Positions 49,278-60,385 of a stretch of DNA of 64,000 nucleotides are shown here, piece after piece. The position numbers and the translations under genes were made by a program. Origin of the DNA: Inconstantimicrobium porci (GTDB taxonomy: Bacteria; Bacillota; Clostridia; Clostridiales; Clostridiaceae). The stretch is from the NCBI RefSeq assembly GCF_009696465.1, contig NZ_VULX01000009.1, positions 37,537-101,536 on the forward strand. The letters run 5' to 3'. Each line of letters starts with the position of its first letter. The first letter of the stretch is position 1. The notes below the pieces were generated by a model that worked only from the letters and a program-made list of their open reading frames with translations, made no database searches and was not told the origin of the DNA.

Positions 49278-51368
49278 ATGGATAAATTAAGTAATGTATT
49301 TGGTGAAAATGTATTTAATGATGCTGTTATGAGAGCAAGACTTCCTAAAGCTACTTATAAAGCATTGAAGAAAACTATTGAAGAAGGTAAGCCTTTAGAC
49401 CTTGATACTGCAAATGTTATTGCACACGAAATGAAGGAATGGGCTGTAGAAAAGGGAGCTACTCATTTCACTCACTGGTTTCAACCATTAACAGGTGTTA
49501 CAGCAGAAAAGCATGATGCATTTTTAAATCCAATGGATGATGGGACAGCAATTTTATCATTCTCTGGAAAAGAATTAATTCAAGGTGAACCCGACGCTTC
49601 TTCATTCCCATCTGGTGGACTTAGAGCTACTTTTGAAGCTAGAGGATATACAGCTTGGGATTGCACATCACCAGCTTTCGTAAAGGATGGTAGCCTTTGC
49701 ATACCAACAGCTTTCTGTTCATATAACGGTGAAGCTCTTGATTCTAAAACTCCGCTTCTTCGTTCAATGGAAGTTATATCTAAAGAGGCTATAAGAGTAC
49801 TAAGAGTTCTTGGAAACACTACTGCAAAAAAAGTTATTGCTAATGTTGGACCTGAACAAGAATACTTTATTGTAGATAAAAAATTATACGATCAACGTAA
49901 AGACCTTATTTTAACTGGAAGAACTCTATTTGGTTCTATGGCTCCAAAGGGACAGGAACTTGACGATCATTACTTTGGTGCTATAAAAAATAGAATATCA
50001 GATTACATGAAGGATCTTGACACTGAACTTTGGAAGCTTGGAATAAGTGCTAAAACTAAGCATAATGAAGTTGCTCCAGCTCAGCATGAACTTGCAACAA
50101 TATTCACTACTACTAATATAGCTACTGACCATAATCAGCTTGTTATGGAAACTATGAAAAAAGTTGCATTAAAACATGGACTTGTTTGTCTTCTTCATGA
50201 GAAGCCATTTGCAGGAATCAATGGTTCTGGAAAGCATAATAACTGGTCAATCAATACTGATGATGGTGAAAACTTATTAAATCCTGGAAAAACACCACAG
50301 AACAACAAACAGTTCTTATTATTCTTAAGCGCAATAATATCTGCTGTTGATGATTATGCAGATTTATTAAGATTTTCAGCAGCAAATCCAGGAAACGATC
50401 ATAGACTTGGTGCTAACGAAGCTCCTCCAGCAATAGTATCAATATTCTTAGGTGATCAATTATCTGAAGTTGTAAGACAAATAGTTGAAGATACTGATGG
50501 AAATTATTTATCAAGCAGCAAGCTTAAGATTGGAGTTTCAACACTACCTGATCTTCCAAAGGATGCAACTGATAGAAATAGAACATCTCCATTTGCATTC
50601 ACTGGAAATAAATTCGAATTCAGAATGGCTCCTTCTTCAGGATCAATTGCTGGACCAAATACTATATTAAATACAACTGTTGCAGATGTTCTTAGCAAAT
50701 ATGCAGACAGACTTGAAGCAGCATCTGACGTTGATGCAGAAGTTGATGCAATAATAAAAGAATCTCTAAAAGCACACCATAAAGTTTTATTTGATGGCAA
50801 CGGCTATTCTGATGAATGGGTTGAAGAAGCAGCTAAGAGAGGCCTACCAAATATTAAGAGTACTGTTGAAGCAATCAGGTCACTTGTTGCTCCAAAGAAT
50901 ATAGAAGTTATGTCAAAGCATGGCGTTTTAACAGATGTAGAAATGCATTCTCGTTATGAAGTTCATCTTGAAAATTACATCAAGACTATAAACATTGAAG
51001 CATTAACTGCACTTGAAATGGCTAAGAGAGATATTATTCCAGCAGTTATTAAGTACTCTACTTCTTTAGCGGAATCAATTAATGCTATAAAGAGCACTGG
51101 ATTCGATGCTGATGTTACTGCTCAAGGTGAAACTCTTACTGAAATCTCTAAGCTTACAGCTTCAGCAATGAAAAAAGTCAAAGCTCTTGAATCTGCTATA
51201 TCAACAGCTTGTTCAAAAGAAGACTCTTACGATCAAGCTTACAGCTATAGATACGATGTATTCGAAGCTTTAAATTCATTAAGAGAAGATGTTGACAAGC
51301 TTGAAACTTTAGTAGACAGCAAATACTGGCCAATGCCAACTTATACAGAACTACTATTCCACGTTTAA
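49278..51368 (+). CDS. glnN: Glutamine synthetase type III
   Basis: 696 aa. The N-terminus MDKLSNVFGENVF...RLPKATYKAL matches the GSIII family. The size is typical of GlnN. Confidence 0.8.
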   Translation: MDKLSNVFGENVFNDAVMRARLPKATYKALKKTIEEGKPLDLDTANVIAHEMKEWAVEKGATHFTHWFQPLTGVTAEKHDAFLNPMDDGTAILSFSGKELIQGEPDASSFPSGGLRATFEARGYTAWDCTSPAFVKDGSLCIPTAFCSYNGEALDSKTPLLRSMEVISKEAIRVLRVLGNTTAKKVIANVGPEQEYFIVDKKLYDQRKDLILTGRTLFGSMAPKGQELDDHYFGAIKNRISDYMKDLDTELWKLGISAKTKHNEVAPAQHELATIFTTTNIATDHNQLVMETMKKVALKHGLVCLLHEKPFAGINGSGKHNNWSINTDDGENLLNPGKTPQNNKQFLLFLSAIISAVDDYADLLRFSAANPGNDHRLGANEAPPAIVSIFLGDQLSEVVRQIVEDTDGNYLSSSKLKIGVSTLPDLPKDATDRNRTSPFAFTGNKFEFRMAPSSGSIAGPNTILNTTVADVLSKYADRLEAASDVDAEVDAIIKESLKAHHKVLFDGNGYSDEWVEEAAKRGLPNIKSTVEAIRSLVAPKNIEVMSKHGVLTDVEMHSRYEVHLENYIKTINIEALTALEMAKRDIIPAVIKYSTSLAESINAIKSTGFDADVTAQGETLTEISKLTASAMKKVKALESAISTACSKEDSYDQAYSYRYDVFEALNSLREDVDKLETLVDSKYWPMPTYTELLFHV

Positions 51369-51379
51369 GCAATAAGGTG

Positions 51380-51450
51380 AAAATTTTAAGAGCTATTTCG
51401 ACTCCTCCGTCGGCGAGTTCCAAGTCGGCTCTGCATAGCTCTTAAAATTT
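51380..51450. repeat. Family-2 stem/core repeat, copy D (stem aaaattttaagagctat / atagctcttaaaattt)
   Basis: Core TTCGACTCCTCCGTCGGCGAGTTCCAAGTCGGCTCTGCA, 12 nt after the glnN stop. Confidence 0.7.
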
Positions 51451-51641
51451 AAAATTAATTAAAGAGTAAAAGAGCATATTTCCATCACATGTATTATTAG
51501 TACACTTTAACCCACTATACCTGTTGAAATACATTTTTTGATGCACTTTCTACATAAAATATAACCATATATATATTTCACTTATATTAATAATATAGTT
51601 TTTTTCTTTTCTATTCGTTGTTCTCTGTTATCTATTCACTA

Positions 51642-51675
51642 AAAAGACTCCGCATTAACTCTGCGGAGTCTTTTT
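51642..51675. terminator. Bidirectional terminator downstream of the CDF gene
   Basis: aaaagactccgcattaactctgcggagtctttt. Confidence 0.55.
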
Positions 51676-52576
51676 ATATAGCCCATTTCCTATCGCCTGT
51701 AAAATTGACGTTAAGCCATTTTTTCAGTTTTATATCAGTCATATTTCTATATACCTGCTCTCTGACCTCATCCATTTGTCCAAGTTCATTTAATGATGAT
51801 TGCTCATTAAACACAAAATCAATTTCTATTCTAAGTTCTCTTCCAATCTTGCTCACCCTTGTTATAGAGTCTGCAAAATTGTACTCTTTTTCTATATCCT
51901 TAACTATTGTGTATATCTCATTGTTTATATTATCATCAGCACTTCCACTTACTATTTCCCTAAAACTCTTAAATAATGCTGTAGTAGGTATTTTTATAAA
52001 TATTAATGATGATATTATTACCATGGTAGGGTCAACGTATCTAGTTAAACCAGCCAAGCTTGTCGTTGAAATCACTGCAGAAATTATGAATCCTATAAGG
52101 ACTGCAACACTTAAAATACTATCCATAAACCACTGATTGCTTTCAGCCTTTAATATATCTGAACATAATTTCTTACCCTTTTGATGCATATAAACATATA
52201 CGAAAATGCATCCTACTGAAGATACTATTGAATAAGCAACTGCCATACTAGTATCTACAACATGTCCACCTGCTACTATTTCTGTAACAGCATCATATAA
52301 TGTAAAAGTACACATTACTATAAGTACAATTGATTTGAATGCTACAGCTAAAGGCTCCAACATTACTTTTCCAAAGGGAAATCTCTTAAAGTCAGCTTTA
52401 TCTATATAATTCGTGACCCAAAGTGCAAGTATTGACAAAAATAAACTGATTAAAGAATATAGTCCGTCAAATAATATCATACTTGACTTAGCCATAAATC
52501 CCCAAGCTAGTCCCATAACAGCAAAAAATAATCCGCCAAGTGCTGAGAATTTTATCATCTTTTTTTCTAGTTTCAT
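51674..52576 (-). CDS. Cation diffusion facilitator (CDF) family metal efflux transporter
   Basis: 300 aa, 6 TM segments plus a C-terminal cytoplasmic domain. The N-terminal organisation matches CDF proteins. Confidence 0.7.
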   Translation of the reverse strand: MKLEKKMIKFSALGGLFFAVMGLAWGFMAKSSMILFDGLYSLISLFLSILALWVTNYIDKADFKRFPFGKVMLEPLAVAFKSIVLIVMCTFTLYDAVTEIVAGGHVVDTSMAVAYSIVSSVGCIFVYVYMHQKGKKLCSDILKAESNQWFMDSILSVAVLIGFIISAVISTTSLAGLTRYVDPTMVIISSLIFIKIPTTALFKSFREIVSGSADDNINNEIYTIVKDIEKEYNFADSITRVSKIGRELRIEIDFVFNEQSSLNELGQMDEVREQVYRNMTDIKLKKWLNVNFTGDRKWAI

Positions 52577-52813
52577 CTTGTCTCACCTCTTTCATTTCCT
52601 TTAACTTTATTATAAAATCATAAATTACTTATCTCAACTCACTAATATGATTGATTTTTAACATTTTTATTGGATTTTAAGCGTTCACTATTTTTCCCAA
52701 AAAGCACATTAGTACATTTTTATTTGCACATTGGTACAATTCAAACTACTTTTTTATAAAAAGGGTTACTAAAGAATGAATATGTATTGTACCTTTTTTG
52801 ATTTGAGCTGTAT

Positions 52814-52868
52814 ATCCTTTGTTTTCAACGCTTTACAGCATTTAAAATTCACCTTTTTCAATGCAATT
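52814..52868. repeat. Family-3 D-module repeat, copy 3
   Basis: atcctttgttttcaacgctttacagcatttaaaattcacctttttcaatgcaatt. Confidence 0.6.
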
Positions 52869-52943
52869 GGTCTAGGCATTAAAAAATTGATAAACCGAAG
52901 TCTATCAATTAGTTAAAAGTTTACGTGTTTTATTTATATTTTT

Positions 52944-52992
52944 AAGAGTAACTTGTTCTCTTACTTAGAAACTCCGTGAAGGAGTTTCATCC
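52944..52992. repeat. Family-1 hairpin repeat, partial copy (AAGAGtaacttgttCTCTT plus GAAACTCCgtgaaGGAGTTTCATCC)
   Basis: Same two modules as at 26168-26216. Confidence 0.6.
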
Positions 52993-53030
52993 TTTTCTCT
53001 GCTCTCTTCGTTTTAATCCCTAATCTATAA

Positions 53031-54008
53031 TTATTTTAGTACTACTGTTGCCACTATATAAAGTGCCACAATTATTGCCATCCATGGATTAATAAACAAC
53101 TTCCATGTATTTTCCTTTATGTTTTCTTGTGACTGTATTGTATTTTCTTCTATATCCACTTTTGCAAAAACTGGCTTTGATACATTTATATATTGTTTAT
53201 CTGTATAATACTTCATAGCCTTTAGAACAAGTACTATCAACGCTGTAGCAGCTATTGCTATTACTCCAATTATAGATATAGCATCAAGCCTCTGTGCAAT
53301 TGTTATTTTTGCAGCTTCTTTAACAGCCTCCTTATGAAGTGCTTCATTACCAGGTGCAAATACTAAAAATTTAGCTAGAGCAACCTGAATACCATTAATA
53401 GTCATATGACATACCATAGTAACAAATATTGAACCAGTTATCCTGACCATTATTGCAAAAAGAAACCCTAGTGCAAATGCATACAAAAACTGTGATAAAT
53501 TAAAGTGGAAAATTGCAAACAAAAGTCCGTTTACAGTTGCTGCAACAAACATATTTTTATCTTTAAAACCATGAAGTACAACTCCACGCATAGTAATTTC
53601 TTCTGTTATTGCTGGTGTGATAGCCATAGCAAAAAACATAGCAAAAAAGCTTAAAGGTGTAACCTGTTCCATAAATGCTCCTACAGTATCTGTTACAAAT
53701 AACTGTGATATATTTGCTAAAAAACTCATTATAGGCTGTGCCAACATTCCAATAAGTACAGCGAACATAATATTTATTAAAGGTGTCTTCTTAAAGCTTA
53801 ATGTTTCTTTAAATGATTGTGAATTTAATAGAATAAAAATCACTGCACACGGTACGAATGTTAAGAAATGCACAGCAGAATTAGCAAGACCAATGTTCAT
53901 TTTATAGTGATTATATAAATATGTAAAAATCATTGGTGATATAAACATCTGTACTAAGCTGACAACAATAAAATACAGATATACTTTAGTAGTTTCTTTA
54001 ATTTTCAT
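53031..54008 (-). CDS. CPBP-family intramembrane metalloprotease (CAAX protease / Abi-type)
   Basis: Motifs EEITMRG (EExxxR), FAIFHFN (FxxxH) and HMTINGI, in a polytopic membrane protein. Confidence 0.8.
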   Translation of the reverse strand: MKIKETTKVYLYFIVVSLVQMFISPMIFTYLYNHYKMNIGLANSAVHFLTFVPCAVIFILLNSQSFKETLSFKKTPLINIMFAVLIGMLAQPIMSFLANISQLFVTDTVGAFMEQVTPLSFFAMFFAMAITPAITEEITMRGVVLHGFKDKNMFVAATVNGLLFAIFHFNLSQFLYAFALGFLFAIMVRITGSIFVTMVCHMTINGIQVALAKFLVFAPGNEALHKEAVKEAAKITIAQRLDAISIIGVIAIAATALIVLVLKAMKYYTDKQYINVSKPVFAKVDIEENTIQSQENIKENTWKLFINPWMAIIVALYIVATVVLK

Positions 54009-54246
54009 AATATTTAACTCCTATATATTTTTCATATTTTTTGCATAATTTTATTTCTACTGTTAATAATACTAATGTAACTATTTATTTAATATGCCTC
54101 TCCCCCATTTTTATATAACTTTTATTAATCCTCTTATAGATAATATTCTATAAGAGGATTTTATCTTTTTGAGTTGCATATTAAATATACTCTTTTATTT
54201 TACTATATTATGAAGCTAAATACACTTTTATTTATACTAATCCTAT

Positions 54247-56256
54247 TTATTCTGTCTTAAATTTATTGACCATCCCTAATAAATGCTGTGACTTATCTTT
54301 ATTCTTTTCTAAATATTCAACAATATCATCCTTTTTACAATTAATACTTGTCATATTTTCTGCAATATGTAATGATGATTTAGATACAGAAGATATTGCT
54401 TCTGTTAACTCTTCAATATTTGAAGAAACATTATTTATAGAATCATATATTTCTTTAGATACTCCTGACACCTCTGTCATTACATTTTTAAAGTTATCAC
54501 CACTTTTTTTATAAGAAGATGTAATATCAATAAGCTTTTCATAATCATTTAAGATATCTTTTTCTACTACATTAAGTAATTCTGATGATGTTTCTGAAAG
54601 TTCTTTAACCGCTAATAATGTTTCGTTAACATTATCCTGTATAGCATTGACAGTTGATGCAGACTGCTCAGCAAGCTTTCTTACTTCCTCAGCAACTACT
54701 GCAAATCCTTTACCCTGTTCACCTGCTCTTGCGGCTTCTATAGATGCATTAAGAGACAATAAATTTGTTTGCTGAGATATCTCAAGGATACTATTAGACA
54801 TAGATGATATATTCTCAACAACCGCAATCTTTTCAAGTGCTCTTTTTAATTTAATGCTACAACTATTATATAAACTTTCAACATTCTGTTTAGATAATAT
54901 AGCATCATTATATGCTACATCCGATTCTTGTTGTATGTCGCCAGCTAACTTAAGAACCTTAACTGCAGTATCTGCTGACTTTTCTGCACTCTTATTTATT
55001 GTATGTGAAATTGAATTTGCCTCTTCTAAAGATGCAGTGCATTGCTCCATATTAGCTGAAATTTCTTCTGTTTCTGCTGCTGAACTCTCTAATTCGCTAG
55101 AAATATCAATAATCATTTCGTTTATTTTTTCACTACTTTTAGAAATTTCATTACTGTTCATCTTAACCTGATTGATAGCTGAACATAACTCATTTACTCC
55201 TGAGTTTAAATCTTGAATTGTTTCTGCAAACTCATTATCACCTATTTTTTCCCCCTTATATGCAAGGTTATATGAAGATAATTCTGTTGAGTAATTTCGT
55301 ATATTCTTAATTTCTCTTAATAGTATTCTTCCTATTACTACTGATGTAAGTGCACCTATAACTACAAATATCACAGTTGTAATAAACTGATCTAACGCTA
55401 TTCGATTAATACCACTCATTACTTCTTTATTAGGTGCAATAAGACATATTGACCATGATGTACCTGCTATCCTTGTATGTGAAATTCGTACTTTTGAACC
55501 ATTTAACACTACATCTTCAACTTCTGTCTTATCAGAAATAAGTTTTGATAAAATGTTATTCACTTCATTTTCTTTATCTTTATTTTTCCCCGCAAAGTTA
55601 TCAACAAATTTAGTTTCAGTTAAAACTAAATTCATATCCTTATGCGCCACAAATCTTCCAGTACTATCAAGAATAAATCCATATCCTGACTGTCCTATTT
55701 TTATAGACTGAACAATTTTATTTACTTCATCAAGTTTAATTGTTCCACAAAGATATCCAACCACCTTGTCATCCCTATTAATTGGTGTAACAATTGTTGT
55801 TATAGATTCCTTTTCTATCTGCTTTATAAATGGGTCAGTAACAAACTCTCCCTCTGCCTTCATCTTCTTAAAGAAATCTTCCTGCGACTGGTCTTTAGGT
55901 TCTTCATTTCCTATGTAATATCCAAATCCATCCGCAGACATGATAAAGAGTCCATTGAATCCCCACTTTTCATTTTCATCAATAAGTACCTGCTTTTGTG
56001 CATTCCAATCCATTGACTTTATTTCATCTATTTTAGCTATATATCTAAGTTGTTCTTTCCTTTTTTCAAAGTATGCATCTACTACAGTTGCCATATCTTT
56101 TGTTCTTTCAGTCAGTTCTTCAAATGTGATACCAAGAATATTAGCTTTTGACCTACTATAAGATATAAATGACAATATGTTACACATAATAAAAACTAAT
56201 AAGGTTATTTGAATAATAATTCTTCTTGCAATTCCAATCTTTAGCTTTTGTTTCAT
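54247..56256 (-). CDS. Methyl-accepting chemotaxis protein with a Cache-type sensor (paralog A)
   Basis: TM, Cache-like extracytoplasmic domain, TM, then an MCP signalling domain. About 65% identical overall to the MCP at 60386..62395, with 100% identical stretches. Confidence 0.85.
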   Translation of the reverse strand: MKQKLKIGIARRIIIQITLLVFIMCNILSFISYSRSKANILGITFEELTERTKDMATVVDAYFEKRKEQLRYIAKIDEIKSMDWNAQKQVLIDENEKWGFNGLFIMSADGFGYYIGNEEPKDQSQEDFFKKMKAEGEFVTDPFIKQIEKESITTIVTPINRDDKVVGYLCGTIKLDEVNKIVQSIKIGQSGYGFILDSTGRFVAHKDMNLVLTETKFVDNFAGKNKDKENEVNNILSKLISDKTEVEDVVLNGSKVRISHTRIAGTSWSICLIAPNKEVMSGINRIALDQFITTVIFVVIGALTSVVIGRILLREIKNIRNYSTELSSYNLAYKGEKIGDNEFAETIQDLNSGVNELCSAINQVKMNSNEISKSSEKINEMIIDISSELESSAAETEEISANMEQCTASLEEANSISHTINKSAEKSADTAVKVLKLAGDIQQESDVAYNDAILSKQNVESLYNSCSIKLKRALEKIAVVENISSMSNSILEISQQTNLLSLNASIEAARAGEQGKGFAVVAEEVRKLAEQSASTVNAIQDNVNETLLAVKELSETSSELLNVVEKDILNDYEKLIDITSSYKKSGDNFKNVMTEVSGVSKEIYDSINNVSSNIEELTEAISSVSKSSLHIAENMTSINCKKDDIVEYLEKNKDKSQHLLGMVNKFKTE

Positions 56257-56408
56257 ATATTCTTTCCACCTTTCCCAAAAAATAAAAACCCTAATAGTTT
56301 TATTCGTAACTATTAGGATTTTTATTTAGTAATTTTTCTCTTTTTTTAAATATGTTAAATATTCAACAGAATTTTTGGGATATATTCAAAGGAATTTGTC
56401 TTTTCCCA

Positions 56409-58319
56409 TCATACACGCACTATTTTTTTGAACATTCTCGAAGAAAATACTGCACTTATAAAAAATACTACTACTGAAACAATTACACTTATTACAAATG
56501 TTTTTGTCAAATCTATACTTATAATATTTCCTAAAGCACCAATAGCAAAATAACTATGAACAAGTCCGACCATTACAGGAATTAAATAAAACATTGTAAC
56601 TTCTTTATTTATTGATCTGCCAATTTCTTTCGTAGAAGTTCCTATGTTTTTAAGTACCTTATACTTAATCTTATCTTCATTTGCATCACCGTAAATCTTA
56701 ATATAAATAATACTTGCTTCTGCAAGTATGAAAACTAAAAACAAGAATGCCATCATTGCATAAATAACTTTGAGCCATGCTATCCTATCAGTTTTATATA
56801 TGCCACACGTAATTGCTACCTGTTTTACATTCACAAACTTTGACATACCAGTCACTAATTTATCCATAACCTTTTTATCAAGAAGCTTACTGTCATTTTC
56901 GATTTTAATTCCCAGGAAATTATTTTTTTCACCATACTTCTCAATCTTTTTATAATTCTCATTACTTACAATAAGAGTCTGATTATTAAATGCACATCCT
57001 ATTACAGGAAGCTTCATATCATCTTTTCCCTTTTGAAATATGTTATCACCTATAACTATAGTACTTTTATTTACCAAACTTCCAAGAGTCATAGGTCTGG
57101 GTATATAAACCACATTATTGCCAGAAATCATATCACTAGTAACCTTACTTATGCTGTCTTGATGATTATTTCTTCGCAAAATATCTGCAAACTGATCATA
57201 AGAAAGCACTATAAAATCTTCCTTTTCAGTTCTGAAACTATTCTTTTCAGTCACGTTAACTTTAAGTACTGAGTCATTCACAGAATATTTTACTTTTCCA
57301 ATACCGCTAAATAACTCCTTAATCTTTTCCTGGTTTTTAATCTCTTCATTTGAAGTAAAGGTTAAAGAATATAATTCATTGTTTTCTGCCTGTTTTTCAT
57401 AAAGAGTCTTCATTGAAACTGCTGCACCAAGTACAGTAATAGTACATGCTGTGAATATTGCTATTGTTGCGTATGTGGTGAAGTTCTTCCTCATCCTATA
57501 AAACAGATTGTTTATTGTTATTATATTTTCACCTTTATAAAGAATTGATTTTCTATTTATAAGGAAATTAAATATTACAGACAGTACTGTTCCAAACAAG
57601 CCATAAGTACCAATACATACAATTATAAGCGTCCTTAAAGCTTTTGTTTTATCATTACTTATCATATAATAACCGTATATTACAAAAAATAACGAAACTG
57701 CTGCAATTAAGTATGTGTAGAACCTTACCTTTACAGGCTCATCTCCTTTTTTATTATCTTTTAAAAGATCTATTACACTACTTCTAAGTATATTTATAAA
57801 TCCCTTAAGAGCCATAATAATAAATATTATTAGAAATGTTGCTACAGTATACATAATTGAATCTGCTGTTATATTAAATTTTATATCTATATTGAAATCT
57901 GCCATTTTAAACACTATCATTTGAAAGAATTTTGAAAACAAAACTCCAATTCCTGTTCCAATAGCACATGAACTTAATCCTATCAACATCATTTCTGTAA
58001 AATATATTCTTCCTACAGTAAATGAATCAAGTCCCATAAATGTGTAAATACCTATTTCTTTCTTTCTGTTTTTAAGGAATATATTTGATGAATACCATAT
58101 GAAGAAAAGCATAAATAAAGTCAGCATAATAATCAATATCTGTAAAGTCATCTTTGAATATTCTTTATTCATTTTACCTAAATAATCAAGAGTGTTACCT
58201 TTCAAAAGTATCATAAAGTTACTCAGTATAACTACTGAAAATATCATTGATATAAAGAACATAGTATATATCTTTATATTATTTTTAAAATTGTTATAGG
58301 CTATTCTCAACACACTCAT
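56409..58319 (-). CDS. FtsX-domain ABC transporter permease, BceB-type (10 TM with a large extracellular loop)
   Basis: The start was set at MSVLRIAYNNFKNN (the ATG overlaps the upstream ATPase stop). About 636 aa. Confidence 0.75.
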   Translation of the reverse strand: MSVLRIAYNNFKNNIKIYTMFFISMIFSVVILSNFMILLKGNTLDYLGKMNKEYSKMTLQILIIMLTLFMLFFIWYSSNIFLKNRKKEIGIYTFMGLDSFTVGRIYFTEMMLIGLSSCAIGTGIGVLFSKFFQMIVFKMADFNIDIKFNITADSIMYTVATFLIIFIIMALKGFINILRSSVIDLLKDNKKGDEPVKVRFYTYLIAAVSLFFVIYGYYMISNDKTKALRTLIIVCIGTYGLFGTVLSVIFNFLINRKSILYKGENIITINNLFYRMRKNFTTYATIAIFTACTITVLGAAVSMKTLYEKQAENNELYSLTFTSNEEIKNQEKIKELFSGIGKVKYSVNDSVLKVNVTEKNSFRTEKEDFIVLSYDQFADILRRNNHQDSISKVTSDMISGNNVVYIPRPMTLGSLVNKSTIVIGDNIFQKGKDDMKLPVIGCAFNNQTLIVSNENYKKIEKYGEKNNFLGIKIENDSKLLDKKVMDKLVTGMSKFVNVKQVAITCGIYKTDRIAWLKVIYAMMAFLFLVFILAEASIIYIKIYGDANEDKIKYKVLKNIGTSTKEIGRSINKEVTMFYLIPVMVGLVHSYFAIGALGNIISIDLTKTFVISVIVSVVVFFISAVFSSRMFKKIVRV

Positions 58320-59074
58320 TATCTGGCACCTCCCATTGATGCCAAAAGATCTAATATCCTGCTGTAGAACTCTTTTCTGCTGTTTCCTTTCTCTATATGA
58401 CATTTTATCTCACCATCTGTAAGCATATATACCTTATCACTATAGCTTGCACTAATAGCATCATGTGTAACCATAATTATTGTTGCATTTTCTTCCTTAT
58501 TAGCTCTTGTCATACATTCAAGAAGATCTGATGATGACCTTGTATCCAGTGCTCCAGTTGGTTCATCTGCAAAAATAACCTTTGGTTTTGTAATAAGTGC
58601 TCTTGCTGCTGAACCTCTCTGCTGCTGTCCTCCTGAAAGTTCATACGGATACTTTTTAAGATGATCTGAGAGTCCAAATAACTCAGCCATCTGCTTTACC
58701 TTATCTTCGATATCCTTTGTCTTTTTTCTTCCAAGGGCCAAAGGAAGAGCTATATTATCCATCAGCTTCATATTATCAAGCAGGTTGTAATCCTGAAAAA
58801 TAAATCCTATGTTATCCCTTCTTATTTTTGAAAGTTCCTTATTTTTTACCTTCGTTATATCAACACCATCTAAAAGGATTGTACCTTTAGTTGGTTTATC
58901 AAGAGTTGATACAAGATTCAAAAGAGTACTTTTTCCCGCTCCTGAAGGTCCCATTATGGAAATAAACTCTCCTTCATTTACAGTTAATGATACATCTCTT
59001 AAAACTTTATTTTTAAAACCTTTTATGCCATATTCCTTGCATACACCATCTAATTTCAATATTTCTTTCATCAT
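58319..59074 (-). CDS. ABC transporter ATP-binding protein, BceA-type
   Basis: GPSGAGKST, LSGGQQQRGSAARAL, IFADEPTGALD. Start at MKEILKL after GGAGG. Confidence 0.85.
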   Translation of the reverse strand: MMKEILKLDGVCKEYGIKGFKNKVLRDVSLTVNEGEFISIMGPSGAGKSTLLNLVSTLDKPTKGTILLDGVDITKVKNKELSKIRRDNIGFIFQDYNLLDNMKLMDNIALPLALGRKKTKDIEDKVKQMAELFGLSDHLKKYPYELSGGQQQRGSAARALITKPKVIFADEPTGALDTRSSSDLLECMTRANKEENATIIMVTHDAISASYSDKVYMLTDGEIKCHIEKGNSRKEFYSRILDLLASMGGAR

Positions 59075-59200
59075 AAATACCTCCAATATAATAACTAAAT
59101 ATTTTTCAAAGGACCTTATGATTTAATTTTAGTATCTTTTATATTGACTTTCCTTCGTTTAACATTACTTTTAAATATTTAAAGTTACATTTATGTCACA

Positions 59201-60235
59201 TTAGATTCTTACCTTCAAATAATCAGCTACTTTATAAAACCTTATTATGAATCTAGTATAACTTCCCTTTACGGACTGCACTGACATCTCATGTTCAAGT
59301 TTTTTAATTATATTACTAGAAAAATATAACCCCATTCCTGTAGACTTATAAACGGTATTTCGTCCATTGATACCTGTAAATCCCTTTTCAAATACTCTGT
59401 CTAAATCTTGCTCTGCTATGCCTATACCATTATCTTCAATAATAAGTTCAATATATTTTTCACTTTCATTACCTCTAAATTCAAGTGTATTTTTCTCCTT
59501 ATTTTTATCCACATATTTGATAGAATTATTCACAAGCTGATCAAGTATATACAGTATCCATTTCTTATCTGTGTATATATCATAATCAACATTCTCAATT
59601 TGTATATCTATATTGTTCTTAATAAGCATAAACGCATTGCTCTTTATGCACTGTTTCACAACATCACTTAAGTTTTCCTGCTTTAAGAATATATCTTCAG
59701 CAGAAGCTGTGGACCTGCTACCATACATAACTGAGTTCACAAGGAAATTCATCTTCTCAACTTCTATTTTTATCCTTTCTTCCATCTCTGCATCATCAAT
59801 TGACTCAAGAATCAAATTAAGTGCACTGATAGGAATCTTAATTTCATGTACCCATTTTGAAATGTATTCCTCCATATCCTTTACTCTCTTAATGCTGTCT
59901 CTTACTGCTTCATCATACTTTTCATCATCCTGTTTGATAATACTTTTAATAATTGCAGTTTCAGCATCATCCTCATTATCTGGCATGTCATAATTACTTT
60001 TTAACATATTATATAACTCAAAGTACTTCTTGCTCCATTTCTTATAATCAAGAAATATTCCTAATGTATATATCAAAATAATTAAAACATTAAGATAAAC
60101 CAAATCACCTATATTGGCTCTTATAGCATTTAATGAAATCATATATGTATTTATTATTACTGTTACAAAAAAATAGAGTATTAAAAAACAAATTCTATCC
60201 TTTATAAATCTCTTGATATTCTTCATACCATACAT
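59201..60235 (-). CDS. Intramembrane-sensing sensor histidine kinase (BceS-like)
   Basis: Two N-terminal TM helices with almost no extracellular loop, H-box HEIKIPISAL, and a C-terminal HATPase domain. Confidence 0.8.
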   Translation of the reverse strand: MYGMKNIKRFIKDRICFLILYFFVTVIINTYMISLNAIRANIGDLVYLNVLIILIYTLGIFLDYKKWSKKYFELYNMLKSNYDMPDNEDDAETAIIKSIIKQDDEKYDEAVRDSIKRVKDMEEYISKWVHEIKIPISALNLILESIDDAEMEERIKIEVEKMNFLVNSVMYGSRSTASAEDIFLKQENLSDVVKQCIKSNAFMLIKNNIDIQIENVDYDIYTDKKWILYILDQLVNNSIKYVDKNKEKNTLEFRGNESEKYIELIIEDNGIGIAEQDLDRVFEKGFTGINGRNTVYKSTGMGLYFSSNIIKKLEHEMSVQSVKGSYTRFIIRFYKVADYLKVRI

Positions 60236-60385
60236 AACATACCTTTCTTTAAATTATTATTTACCACACAAATATTTTACCATAATATAGTTTTTTTAGT
60301 GTTTTTATATCTAAAATATTCTCTTGCATAAAAAAACTGCTACATAATGAAGTACGACACCTCATTATGTAACAGTTTTTACATT

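Noticed and set aside
13740-52992. CRISPR array as an explanation for the repeated hairpins
   Set aside because: The repeats are heterogeneous modules at irregular spacing in different intergenic regions. There is no regular repeat-spacer periodicity and there are no cas genes.
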